A stretch of DNA of 63,855 bases, the filler included, from Octopus bimaculoides (Eukaryota): the NCBI RefSeq assembly GCF_001194135.2. It is 6 parts of 6 records of this genome, joined end to end, with 100 filler letters (N's around TTAATTAATTAA, not from the genome) between each part and the next. Parts side by side here need not be neighbours in the genome. Positions count along the whole stretch, not along the records: positions 23,314 to 50,157 come from NC_069002.1; 5 more parts are not named here. One strand, given 5' to 3'. Each line of letters opens with the position of its first letter. Within the stretch, counting starts at the first letter, position 1. Made by a program: the position numbers and the translations under genes. The notes below the pieces were generated by a model. That model had not been told where the DNA came from, did no database searches, and saw only the letters and a list, made by a program, of their open reading frames with translations. Below, piece by piece: positions 26,561-38,788 of this stretch.

Positions 26561-26635
26561 TGTATGTGCCATAATTAAACAGTCACATATAGAAATTGAA
26601 CCATAAAAATGTCAATTAACAAAAAAATATATACC

Positions 26636-26780
26636 TTGTGGTAAGTAGCTTGCTTACCAACCACATGGTTCCGGGTTCAGTCCCAGTGCGTGGCACCTTG
26701 AGCAAGTGTCTTCTACTATAGCCTCGGGCCGACCAAAGCCTTGTGAATGGATTTGGTAGATGGAAACCGAAAGAAGCCCG

Positions 26781-26816
<36 letters not shown>

Positions 26817-27025
26817 ATGTTTGTGTGTCTGTGTTTGTCCCCCTAGCATTGCTTGACAACCGATGCTGGTGTGATAATGTCCCCATCACTTAGTGGTTCG
26901 GCAAAAAGACACCGATAGAATAAGTACTAGGCTTACAAAGAATAAGTCCTGGGGTTGATTTGCTCGACTAAAGGTGGTGCTCCAGCATGGCCACAGTCAA
27001 AATGACTGAAACAGGTAAAAGAAAA
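26636..27025 (+). mobile_element. tRNA-headed SINE with internal (TA)n(TG)n microsatellite
   Basis: gtggtaagtagcttgcttaccaaccacatggttccgggttcagtccc head, SSR, then tail ending aaacaggtaaaaga; whole or partial copies near 2.2, 3.9, 7.4, 13.3, 27.4, 30.3, 36.9, 37.3, 38.7, 39.7, 49.2, 50.3, 53.4, 54.2, 61.0 and 63.5 kb. Confidence 0.85.
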
Positions 27026-27085
27026 TAAAGAGTATAAAACAATGTTTTATGGAGTGTCTATTTACTTCTGTCGTGTCTGTGTATA

Positions 27086-27380
27086 TACGTGATCTGATCA
27101 ATAAGTATCCGGACTTCTGCCATAGTAACGAAGCTAAAGCATGCAGAGTAAGGCTGCTTGGCACAAATTGACCTTCAATTCTGTTGTGCATGCGCAGCAA
27201 GTTTTAACATTCTAGCTCACTTCTGCTGTTTACGGCAGTGCTTGGAAAGATGGTGTGTAGTGTGTGATCGTCACCTTGATCATGACAGAGAAAGTTGAGC
27301 AGAGAATCTGCATCAAATCTCGCCAAAAGCTTGGCGATACCTGTTCAGAGGCCCATGCAAAGTTTTCAAAGTTTCCATCA
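27086..27380 (+). mobile_element. mariner 5' fragment (left TIR plus N-terminal HTH)
   Basis: TA followed by cgtgatctgatcaataagtatccggact; MTEKVEQRICIKSRQKLGDTCSE resembles the mariner N-terminus. Confidence 0.75.
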
Positions 27381-28243
27381 TCTTCGACACAATCAAGGAG
27401 ATGTGTGTGTGTTTGTGTTTGTCCTCACCACTACTTGACAACTGTAGTTGGTGTATTTATATCCCCCATGATTTAGCAGTTTGGCATAAGAGGACAATAG
27501 AATAAGTGCCAGGTTTTAAACACACACACACACACAAAAAAAAAGTACTTGGGTTGATTCAATTGACTAAAAATTCTTCAAGGTAGTGCCCCAGCATGGC
27601 CACAATCTAATGGCTGAAACAAGTAAAAGATGGAAAAAAAAAAAGGATAAAACTTTACTTACATCCACAGACCACCATCAACACCACCAACAACACTAAC
27701 AACAACACCATCATCCCCACCACCACCACTAACAACGCCATCTTACATCATCACCATTACCTCTACAACCATCACAATTTTTCCCTTATCCAACACCACA
27801 CATACATGCACCCATACATATACTATCAGTGATAGAAATGACAGAGGTGAGGGAAAAGATGTACGCAGTTGAACAAGAGAGATCTATTTCTTGATTTGCA
27901 GGCTTTTTGTCGGTTCAATATCTACTAATGGAAACATTTATTATTAGCTATCCTTTGTCGATCTTCTATCAATAAGACTGAATGAATATTTTATCCAGTT
28001 CTCATCATAAAACTCGTAATGATTAGTAATTTATAGTAAGAATACATAGTAAGAATGGTTCAGTGTTCTGATTGGTTAAAGGAAATGAAGGAGATGGGTG
28101 TGGCTACAGGATGACTTTTGTGAATGACAAAAGGAGATAATAACAGGAGGTTTATGTCCAAGGGGTCTTAACTTCTGCACTCTCCAGCATTGGAGGAGAA
28201 GAAGGTGTGAAACAATCATTTGTATTTTATTATTCATTATTAC

Positions 28244-28272
28244 CATAAAAATCATTTTGCTTAGTAAGTATT
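28244..28272 (-). CDS. Candidate small exon (EYLLSKMIFM if phase 1 to 0)
   Basis: ctaatttttcag|AAT...ATG|gtaata; two frames are open, and one would join the 18505 exon directly. Confidence 0.35.
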
Positions 28273-28479
28273 CTGAAAAATTAGATATACGAGATAATCA
28301 AGCATAAAATTGACCATTAATAATATCAGTTGCGAGTTGTTGATACAGAAGTATAAAATATTAAGGAATTAATTATTGCAGAGCAAGAACTCTGACCTCC
28401 TGTTGGCTGTAACTTCACCGAAATGTGATGCATGCTGGAGTATTAAGAAATCTATAGGAAGTGTGTGTGTGTGTGTGTG

Positions 28480-28857
28480 TTGGCACTCCATCGCTTATGA
28501 CGTCAAGGGTTCCTGTTGATCCGATCAACGGAACAGCCTGCTCGTGAAATTAACGTGCAAGTGGCTGAGCACTCCACAGACACGTGTACCCTTAACGTAG
28601 TTCTCGGGGATATTCAACGTGACACAGTGTTTCAAGGCTGACCCTTCGAATTACAGGCACAACAGAAACAGGAAGTAAGAGTGAGAGAAAGTTGTGGTGA
28701 AAGAGTACAGCAGGGTTCACCACCATCCCCTGCTGGAGCCTCATGGAGCTTTTAGGTGTTTTCGCTCAATAAACACTCACAACGCCCAGTCTGGGAATCG
28801 AAACCGCAATCCTATGACCGCGAGTCCGCTGCCCTAACCACTGGGCCATTGCGCCTC
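28480..28857 (-). mobile_element. tRNA-derived SINE (A/B-box head)
   Basis: Reverse complement TGGCCCAGTGGTTAGGGCAGCGGACTCGCGG...GTTTCGATTCCC; second copy at 51337-51720. Confidence 0.85.
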
Positions 28858-28928
28858 CATACTACAGGAAGTAGTGTAGAAGCAATGAGACAGATGCTGG
28901 TTATACATCTTCAATCATCCTCTGTCAG

Positions 28929-29391
28929 CAGCACTGGATTAACCATTAAGCAGAATAAGCACGTGCTTAGGGCATCAAGGGAAGGAGAGGGGCACCAAAG
29001 AAATGGTAAATGGTTTATGGCACAAAAGAAATCACTTTAAACTTGTTAAAATAATATTCGGGATGCCTTTATCTCTACTAAGTATAGAAGCAGAAGTTTT
29101 ATGTAAAATTAATTTTAACGATATCATTGAAGACTTTGCAATTAAAAAAATAAAAAAAGAAATGAGAAAACTTTTCAAATATAAATAAAGTGGAAATAAA
29201 CAAAAAAAAAACATTATTTTCCAATTTTCTGTTAGTTTTGTTTCATTTCGAAAAGTAAAAAATTATTTTATGGTTTATTATTGCTTACATTTTGAATTAT
29301 TTTTGTTTACATTTTGAACCATTTACATATTCTTGAAGGCACCAAAACCTTTTAAGTGCTTAGAGCCTCTATAGATTTTAATCCAGCCCTG
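28929..29391 (+). mobile_element. Non-autonomous hAT element carrying a transposase C-terminal remnant
   Basis: TIRs CAGCACTGGATT and AATCCAGCCCTG; FKLVKII...LSLLSIEAEVL..INFNDIIEDFA; degenerate TSD tctgtcag/tacgtcat. Confidence 0.7.
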
Positions 29392-30180
29392 TACGTCATC
29401 AACATTAAACTGTGAACATTATCTCGTATCTTTTTCTATCTTAGCATGGAAGTAACACCATTGGTACTCCCATCATCATCTAACATCTGTTTTCCCTGTT
29501 AGCATGGGTTGGGTAGTTTGACAGAAGCTGACCAGCTGAAAGGGCTGTTCAGGCTCCATGTCTGTTTTGACATGGTTTCTACAGCTGGATGCCTTTCCTA
29601 AAGCCAAATTCACTTTGAATATTATTTAGCAAGTGATTTCTTTTATATAGTAAACCATTTACCATTTCTGTGGTATCCCCTGCCCTGCACTCTCCTCAAT
29701 GCATTAAGCACATTCTTATTTTGCAGAATGGTTAATCCAGCTTTGCATACAGCCATAGAAAATCTGCCTCAGTAAATGCTGTCCAACCCATACAAGCATG
29801 GAAAAGCAGATGCTAAAATGGTGATGATGTTGATGATGAAGATGATAATTCTTACAAAAAAATTGTACATTATACAAAAAAATATTTAGTGTTTATTAAT
29901 AAGCATTGTTGAAGATAATTCTTTCCATACAACTTGTCATTACTATGGATTATTTCAACATATTTAATCATAACAAAACTACAATATTGATTTGCTGCTT
30001 TGAAATTAAAAAAAAACAAAAAAACAAATAACACAATCTGTATTTCTTTTTACAATATAACAATATAAACAACTAAATTTAATATCCATTGATTTACTAT
30101 TCTCCGTATAAATTATTTTGCAATTTAATTTCAGATATATTCATTATTATATAACCAGACACAAACAATCAATATATCAT

Positions 30181-30232
<52 letters not shown>

Positions 30233-30860
30233 CATATATGTGTAGGCGTAGGCGTGCCTGTGTGGTAAGAAGCTTGCTTCCCAACCACATGGTTCCGGGT
30301 TCAGTCCCACTGCGTGGCACCTTAGGCAAGTGTCTTCTACTATAGCCTCGGGCCGACCAAAGCCTAGTGAGTGGATTTGGTAGACAGAAACTGATATACN
30401 NNNNNNNNNNNNNNNNNNNNNNNNNNNNNNNNNNNNNNNNNNNNNNNNNNNNNNNNNNNNNNNNNNNNNNNNNNNNNNNNNNNNNNNNNNNNNNNNNNNN
30501 NNNNNNNNNNNNNNNNNNNNNNNNNNNNNNNNNNNNNNNNNNNNNNNNNNNNNNNNNNNNNNNNNNNNNNNNNNNNNNNNNNNNNNNNNNNNNNNNNNNN
30601 NNNNNNNNNNNNNNNNNNNNNNNNNNNNNNNNNNNNNNNNNNNNNNNNNNNNNNNNNNNNNNNNNNNNNNNNNNNNNNNNNNNNNNNNNNNNNNNNNNNN
30701 NNNNNNNNNNNNNNNNNNNNNNNNNNNNNNNNNNNNNNNNNNNNNNNNNNNNNNNNNNNNNNNNNNNNNNNNNNNNNNNNNNNNNNNNNNNNNNNNNNNN
30801 NNNNNNNNNNNNNNNNNNNNNNNNNNNNNNNNNNNNNNNNNNNNNNNNNNNNNNNNNNNN

Positions 30861-31054
30861 AATAATTTTTGTCAGAGGCTTGTTAAAGAGTTCTTTCCCT
30901 TGTATAGGCGCTGTGCAGAGTTGCTTCCCTTCCACAATAAGTTTGTTAGAATTGAAGAACATTGGTGTTTCTCCATCGGGAAGTCCTGCATTAGCAAGGC
31001 TGACGACCAGTTCTAATGATATAGGTAGCTGAATATTGCGTACCCAATTTTCAT
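30861..31054 (-). CDS. Coding exon, 3' end lost in gap (DENWVRNIQLPISLELVVSLANAGLPDGETPMFFNSNKLIVEGKQLCTAPIQGKELFNKPLTKII)
   Basis: tattttactgtaag| acceptor followed by 64 open codons of non-repetitive sequence up to the N-gap. Confidence 0.7.
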
Positions 31055-31077
31055 CTTACAGTAAAATACGTATATGC

Positions 31078-31109
<32 letters not shown>

Positions 31110-31687
31110 TGTACTTGGGGATGGTCATATTGCCAGTTTAGCCATATATATATATATATATATTACTCAAAGAAATTTCAACTTTGATTTTCACGGTTTA
31201 TGGTTGCTTTTTTGGAAACATTGAAACAACAAACGTTTGGGTTTAGAAATTGCTTATATCTATATATGTATCACGTGTGTGTGTGTGTGTTGGGTAGAGT
31301 GGTTAGGGTGTTGCACTCAAGATTGCAAAATTATGGTTTCAATTCACAGACTGACAAAGTTTTGGGGTCAGTGTGATAGACTAGGTCGTTTCTTAAACTT
31401 GCTGGCTCTGTGCCAAAATTTGAAATCATTTTTATTATAAAAAAAACAAAATAAATAAAAGAAATCATTAGTTTTATTATTATTAATGTGACGAACTAAC
31501 AGAATCGTTACAAAATGTCAGTCAAAATGCTTTGAGTTCAAATTCTGCCGAGGTCAGCTTTGCCTCTCATCCATTCAGGATTGATGAAACAAGAACCAGA
31601 TAGGGACTTGGGTTGATGTAATCGACTAGGGCACACACCCAAAAATTTCAGGCCTTGTGCCTATAGTAGAAAGGATCATCATCATCA

Positions 31688-31721
<34 letters not shown>

Positions 31722-32213
31722 AGTGATGAGCTGGTAGAATTGTTAGCACACTAGGAGAAATGCTTTCTGGTATTTGTCTGCTGCTACGTTTTGAGTTCAA
31801 ATTTCACCGAGATTGATGTTGCCTCTCATCCTTTCAGGGTTGACAAAATAAGTACCAGTGGAACACTGGGGACTGTAATCGACTAGCCCCTCCCCTCAAA
31901 ATTCCAGGCCTTGCATCTATGGTAGAAAGGATTATTATTATTATGTTGTTTTTTTTCTTCTTTCTTCAAATTTTCTCCCATTTCTCGCCGAGTGTTTTCC
32001 GTACACCTAGGGCAGAGAAACTCGTTGTATGCATTTCCAATTTACACACGCAAATTCACAGGTAAAACATGTATTTAAGAAAAAAAAAAAAAAAAAAGGT
32101 TCCGTTTACATATTCTCCATTTGGACAAACGTTAAAATCGTATTCTCCGATATCGAAATCATAGAAACCTGAACAAATTTTTGAAAAAAGTGGCTGGTTT
32201 GCACGCGCTTTAC

Positions 32214-32245
32214 CTTCATCGTTCTGTGCCCACAAGGAAATGGTG
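32214..32245 (-). CDS. Candidate exon (RTISLWAQNDE)
   Basis: tatgttgtag|CAC...GAAG|gtaaag; phase 2 to 1, matches the 31054 exon. Confidence 0.5.
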
Positions 32246-32344
32246 CTACAACATACACAGTCATTATTGGTCCCATCCAAACATAATATACTTTATTAGT
32301 CGCTCACCAACACATTCTAACACTCAGTGGGCCCACAGACATAC

Positions 32345-32410
32345 CGTCTACTTTCTTTCTCTTTGTTGTTATTAACGTTTGTCTCTCGGAAATAACTGAT
32401 CTCGTACCAC
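32345..32410 (-). CDS. Candidate exon (RWYEISYFRETNVNNNKEKESR)
   Basis: ttgaatttag|GTG...ACG|gtatgt; phase 2 to 2. Confidence 0.5.
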
Positions 32411-32724
32411 CTAAATTCAAGAACTTCCGACTCTTATTTTTAAATCCTCCTCTAAACTAAACTATATCATGTCTATCCTTGCAGTCCATGCACTAACCAC
32501 TATGTTTGGGTATTCACCCACCGAACGCCGACCTCCGTCTAGAATTCTATAAAGAAGGGTATGACTTGTAGGAGATTTAGCTGTTATATCTAGCAGTTTT
32601 CGCAGAAGTTCCCTATTTTGACCCGGCGCTAAACAACTCGTCATTATATCCGCAGAAACACACACACACACGTAGAAAAACGTACAAACCTACATACACA
32701 TTCCACACTTACAGACCAATCTAC

Positions 32725-32780
32725 CTTAAAAACTCATTCACATTTAAATATAGAATTACAAATTCAGAAAATATTTTCAT
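32725..32780 (-). CDS. Candidate first coding exon (MKIFSEFVILYLNVNEFL)
   Basis: ATG with A at -3, about 85 bp from the promoter motifs; ends AAG|gtagat in phase 2, matching the 32410 exon. Confidence 0.42.
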
Positions 32781-32863
32781 TTATTATTTTTTTTTTGATT
32801 TATTAAAAATAAAACAACCGAAAAAAACTCAGGAAAAACATTTTCAAATCTCAAAGCTCGAAT

Positions 32864-32895
32864 CTGATTGGCTGAGAACGTTTGCCGCCATACTT
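32864..32895. promoter_or_regulatory. Putative (bidirectional) promoter: CCAAT box plus YY1-like core
   Basis: CTGATTGGCTG (reverse CCAAT box) and GCCGCCAT within 30 bp, at the CpG transition and just upstream of the candidate ATG. Confidence 0.5.
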
Positions 32896-34680
32896 AACCC
32901 TCTCTCTCTCTCTCGCTCGTTCTCACCCTTCACACTTTCTTTTTCTCGCTTACACTCTCTACCCCCCTCCCTCTTTGCTTATAATCTTCTCTTTCATTTA
33001 CTGTTATCTCTTATTGTCGCTAGCCTTTTAAATTTATACATACACATATATATATATATATATGTATACATCTGCATACACGTATATGTATATATATATC
33101 TGTTTTTGTTATCATCCCGTGCTTAAAAAAAAAACAAAAACATATACAAACAACAAAAACACAACAAAAGCCAGCATTTAAAGTCAACTATTTTAGCCCA
33201 TTTCTAAAACCTTAAAGGAACCACTTAATATATATATATCTATATATATATATCTATATATATATAGATATATTTATATATAGATATATATATGTATATC
33301 TTTAACTCTATGCGTTTTTTCTACACACCTATAAGCTATTGTATATAAATATATATATTTATATATATATGTGTATGTATAATATATATATATAAATATC
33401 TGTATATGTATTTAACTACTGAATTACTGTACAGACTTCGACGGATTTATTGTAAAGATATTCCTTTATATATATATATATAAAACATCTTTTGGTCGAC
33501 CGTGAAAGAGGTGAGTCTTTTTTTTTTTACAAAAAAAGTTTTTCTTCGTTTTCTTGGTTTGTTTAGAATTTCAAAGTTGGTGCCACCAATTTTGGTTTTG
33601 TTGGTTGTTTACATCTGGAGGAAAGTTGAAACGTACATTATATATCTATGTCCATATTAACATATATTTATACTTTCATCCACGTGTTATATAGGTGCAC
33701 ATATACAAACACACTTGCATTCTCGTATAATATACTTTTATATATATATTATATATTATATATAATAATAATATTAGGGATAGAATCCAAAATTACAGGT
33801 AAAAACTCAATTAAAATCAAATTAAGTTTCCCTAAAACTATATATATATATATACACCGTGTACATAAGCAATATATATGTATATATATACACATAGCAA
33901 ACTTGCATATTTACATGGTGATTACTACGTCTTTACAGATGACTGCCGTGTCAGTGGCATCTCTGACTCTCCGCCCATGACCTCTCAGACGTATAATTAG
34001 TAGTTGTGCATGGTTTTGCAGCGTAAGGTGACAGACGGAAGTTGGTAATTTCCATTAAAATCAAAGTTAATAAACCCTTATATTTACACAACATGCTTGC
34101 ATACATACACGTATAAACTTACATAATTGCATATTCTTGCACACGCACACATATATATATAAAGTATACTTGCATAGATTTATACATACATCGTGTGTAT
34201 ACAGTCCTTAACTAATCTTTTACAAAAACAAAATCTTTTAAAAGTTACTATAGAAAGAATCTTTAACAAAATATCACATCCGCCTCAAACAACCACTTTT
34301 TTTTTTAATTATTATTCCTGAAGTTACAGAGAAAAAAACATTTATGACAAATATGAACAATTCTATTTTATTTTAAATATATTTCAAATTAAAAACCTGG
34401 TGCTTTGGGCGCGATTCGAACAGTTTAAAGTTTGGTTTTTACTATTGCTGTTAATCCGTTCTTACCTTTTATGTTTCTGTCTTTGAATATAAATCAACGC
34501 TAACCGTTTGACTTTGGACTTGGACCGTTGTTGCTTCTTGGTAGATGGTTAATAATATATGTATGTAATAATATATATAGTGGTGGTTGTTATTGGTTAG
34601 TTGATGATCAGAATTCGTCTAGCAGGGGTCTGTAGTCTTGATTTTAGGGTATTCGATGTATCCCAACTATCACTATCCTT

Positions 34681-34713
<33 letters not shown>

Positions 34714-37700
34714 ATTCGGGACGGTGAATGTCTGAGGGATAAATAATAGCGTGTAGATATTGGATAAAAGACCCTATGGACAGGGAAAAAGTCGATAGCT
34801 GTCCCTGGGACACGAACTCATATCTGTAAACATGACCGGCATTCTACGTGAACTCTCTCTATATATTTATGCTTATGTACGTGTTGTTTTAAGGAAATTG
34901 GCTGTTATGTCTAGTGGATCGGGGGCAGCGAGCAACCAATTTACAGGAGGCCGGCTCCCTCGTTGGTTCCTGTGTTAAGTAGTTTGTATTGTTTTTCTCA
35001 GGTCCAGGTTAGCCCCGATCCAGCAAACATATGATCAGAGAAACTTTCCAACCGTGACAGTCGTGTCTTTTCTTCAGGCACAGTATACCTAGGGCTACAT
35101 TATTATGTTCCCTTTGCCTTTTATGTGATTTGAAGGATATTTGACCTGTTGTTTCTAGCAGGTCGGGTGACCACGTAATAACCCTCTTTGGTGTGTTCCC
35201 ATATGTTAAGATTTTTCATACTGTGACACATTAAAGTACCAGTGATATTCTAGGGTGAAATGTCTATGTTGCAGTTATCAACCACTCTACAACCTTCAAC
35301 AGAATTCCAATTAAATGTAATATTATTTTGGCCCCAGATCATCCCAGATCGAAGGCGTTCCATTGATGACCATCTCGTATGTTATCGGATACAGATGTAG
35401 CCAAAACTACTCTTTTTCCTTTTATGTATTTTTAATACCGATAAATGTGATTTTTCAAGATTTGGCTGCTATTATCACCGGCAGATCAATTGATAGCCAA
35501 CGTAGTGGTTGAGTTTATCAGCTTTGATTGTAGGTGAAATCTTTAAAGCTAATTAATTTAGTTTAATTGATAGAATAGGATGGATAATTGCACATACGCA
35601 TACGAAGGAATAAATAATTACATTTTGTATAAAGTAACTTTATTGGCGAAACCTAGTAACCTTATAAAGGCTTTTCTGCAAATAACTTAGGATAATGGAC
35701 CGAACACGTCGCCTTGTTTAACACCATCACTCCCAGCAACTGTAACTTGGGTTTTGTTTTGAAGTTCCCTTAATAAAATCCAGCCTGTTTTCTCAAGAAG
35801 GGTCTCTTTTCTAGCAGGATAATTTCTTTTTTTTTTTCTTTAACCACAGAAAAACGTGGGGTCAAGAGCACTGCTATCAAAAGAAAAAGGGAAACAAAAG
35901 ATTACTATAGTTACTATAACAATAGCCATATTTCATAAACGTTGAATTTATAACCGAAAATATTTACAGCTAAAAATACATCAATATAACGAAAGAAACC
36001 TATTTTTCTTCTACCCTCTCTGTCTCTCTTTCTGTCGTTCCCTGTCTCTCTGTCTTAGTCTCTCCATTATTCCCTCACCCTCCCTCTATCCTCTCTTTGT
36101 CCTTTTTATATTTCCCTCTCTCTATATCCCTTGTCCCGCTCTGTCTTACTCTCTTTGTATCCCTCTATCATTCTCTGTTTTTCTCTCTCTCACCCTTACT
36201 CCCTCTTTGGTCTCTTTTGACCTGTTTAGAAATAGAAATAACAGTTAAATCATTCTCTCTTAATTCACACTGCATCGTCTTGAAGACGAAAATGCCGCGT
36301 TAGGTATCTATCTAACGGTAGCATCGTTAAAAAAAAGACTGGACGGTCACGGTTGGAACCTCTAGGCCTGTCACTGGCTCTGGTCACGGTTAATTCGAAC
36401 TGAAACACCAACAGCTTCGTCTCAGTAACTTTATTTTTAATAACCGAAACATTTATAGCTAATAACCGCCATAAAAAAAGCTTTTATGTGGTCGATTGAT
36501 TTGCTAGAAATAGCAGCTCCATCACATTCAAATCTCACGTCCTTTGTTTTTGAAATAGGAAGGACACACCGGATAATGGATGTGTCCTTGATGTAAAAAT
36601 CAAGGTGAGTTGATCACAGATGGAAGGCTTTTTTTTTTAAAAAATCTCGGGCCTGTCTGCTTGAAATCTACCTAGGGATAAAGNNNNNNNNNNTCTACAA
36701 AGACCGCATTGTATATAAATTAACGTTCGACGTTTATATCCGATATATTTAAAGCACAAATGAAATACAATAAATAAATAATAAAGTAAACAACACAAAA
36801 GCTACAGCATACTTGTATGTAGTGGTTCGATATGTTAGAAATAGCAGCCAAATCTCCCTCAGATCTATTTACTCTTTTACTTGTTTCAGTCATTTGACTG
36901 CGGCCATGCTGGAGCACCGCCTTTAGTCGAGCAAATCGACCCCAGAATTTATTCTTTGCAAGCCTAGTACTTATTCTATCGGNNNNNNNNNNNNNNNNNN
37001 NNNNNNNNNNNNNNNNNNNNNNNNNNNNNNNNNNNNNNNNNNNNNNNNNNNNNNNNNNNNNNNNNNNNNNNNNNNNNNNNNNNNNNNNNNNNNNNNNNNN
37101 NNNNNNNNNNNNNNNNNNNNNNNNNNNNNNNNNNNNNNNNNNNNNNNNNNNNNNNNNNNCTCTTTTTGCCGCACCGCTAAGTTACGGGGACGTAAACACA
37201 CCAGCATCGGTTGTCAAGCGATGTTGGGGGGACAAACTGACACACACACACACACACATATATATATAGGTGCTATGTGGTAAGTAGCTTGCTTACCAAC
37301 CACACGGTTCCGGGTTCAGTCCCACTGCGTGGCACCTTGGGCAAGTGTCTTCTACTATAGCCTCGGGCCGACCGAAGCCTTGTGAGTGGATTTGGTAGAC
37401 GGAAACTGAAAGAAGCCCGTCGTGTATATGTGTGTGTGTGTGTCTGTGTTTGTCCCCCCAACATCGCTTGACAACCGATGCTGGTGTGCTTATGTTTACG
37501 TCTGTGTTGGTATGAAATATTGCTAAAATAATACGATAATTATACTGGATAGTGTAGTCCTGGAAACAGTCTATAAGAATATAAGATGGTATGGGCATGA
37601 TTGGAACCCATTTAAATTGGACCAAACTGAACTAAATACATATATCATCGTCAATTAACGTTCGTTTTCCACGCTGGCATGGGTTGGGTGGTTTGATTGG

Positions 37701-38744
37701 AGCCTTTTAAGTAGCACCGGTAAAACGATTTCAGATTACCCCAAACAATTCGCAAGACGAGACTCCTTAACTTATAAATAGTGTAATATTTGAGTGGGGT
37801 GGCTTTGGAGGTGTTGAAATAAGTAAAAAGATCTTCCGATATGTTGTGGAGATGAAAAATTGGCGATGTTTTGTGAAACTGTTGAATTCAGCAGAGACAT
37901 TTAAAATGGTTTAAGACATTTTGTACAAATAATTTTCTGGGAGGGACAACTCAAAACCCTGGTCACATTTGAACTCAGAACGTATCGAGCTGAAACAAAT
38001 GCAGCTAAGCTTTTTGGTCCAACACTAACGATTCTGCCCACTGGCCAGCTTAGAGAGATTAGCATAATATAAAATGAAAGTAAAATAATGTTCCGTGATA
38101 TTCAATTAAACTCTGCCACGAAACGAAATCGGAAGAATGGTTTTCTTTGAAATTGAAAGTTTACTTTGAAATTGTTGTTGTGTAGAAAAAGAAAAAAAAA
38201 ACTGGTTCTGTTACATGAGAATTGTGGATGACATAATTAACATCAGTGAGCTGCTGAAAGGAATTTTTATGTTTATATGCTGTGATATTTGTTTTAACTC
38301 TTTTGTTACCATGTTTCTGTTGAAATGCGCTANNNNNNNNNNNNNNNNNNNNNNNNNNNNNNNNNNNNNNNNNNNNNNNNNNNNNNNNNNNNNNNNNNNN
38401 NNNNNNNNNNNNNNNNNNNNNNNNNNNNNNNNNNNNNNNNNNNNNNNNNNNNNNNNNNNNNNNNNNNNNNNNNNNNNNNNNNNNNNNNNNNNNNNNNNNN
38501 NNNNNNNNNNNNNNNNNNNNNNNNNNNNNNNNNNNNNNNNNNNNNNNNNNNNNNNNNNNNNNNNNNNNNNNNNNNNNNNNNNNNNNNNNNNNNNNNNNNN
38601 NNNNNNNNNNNNNNNNNNNNNNNNNNNNNNNNNNNNNNNNNNNNNNNNNNNNNNNNNNNNNNNNNNNNNNNNNNNNNNNNNNNNGCCTCGGGCCGACCAA
38701 AGCCTTGTGAATGGATTTGGTAGACGAAAACTGAAAGAAGCCCG

Positions 38745-38788
<44 letters not shown>

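Larger units (their letters stand above)
4355..32780 (-). other. Multi-exon protein-coding gene model, product unidentified (middle part incomplete because of gaps)
   Basis: Assembled by hand from GT-AG exons. The last nine exons (780 nt) are phase-consistent and open: NLTVESIAQRKK DAKAKAKEKMPQVK KRIFASDPPDVEAVKLK ALSVLTKF...LPYKCQ PLFLSASS...HFCSYK EKYEHYLRVQPNVTAENF GRGFDYEW...TVLKQ EEKLPHY...HFRTAL GCVRGKDIPNNFIWDTHMKRWNGYDWNAFDQ*. The 5' exons are less certain. Confidence 0.8.

Noticed and set aside
28780-28857. tRNA gene candidates (also 51640-51720, 57378-57450, 60585-60660)
   Set aside because: A/B boxes are present but they run into SINE bodies and lack a paired acceptor stem.
32462-32671. 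69-aa ORF near the promoter
   Set aside because: Starts in a (TG)n run and includes a common dispersed repeat fragment (gagatttagctgttatatctagcag).
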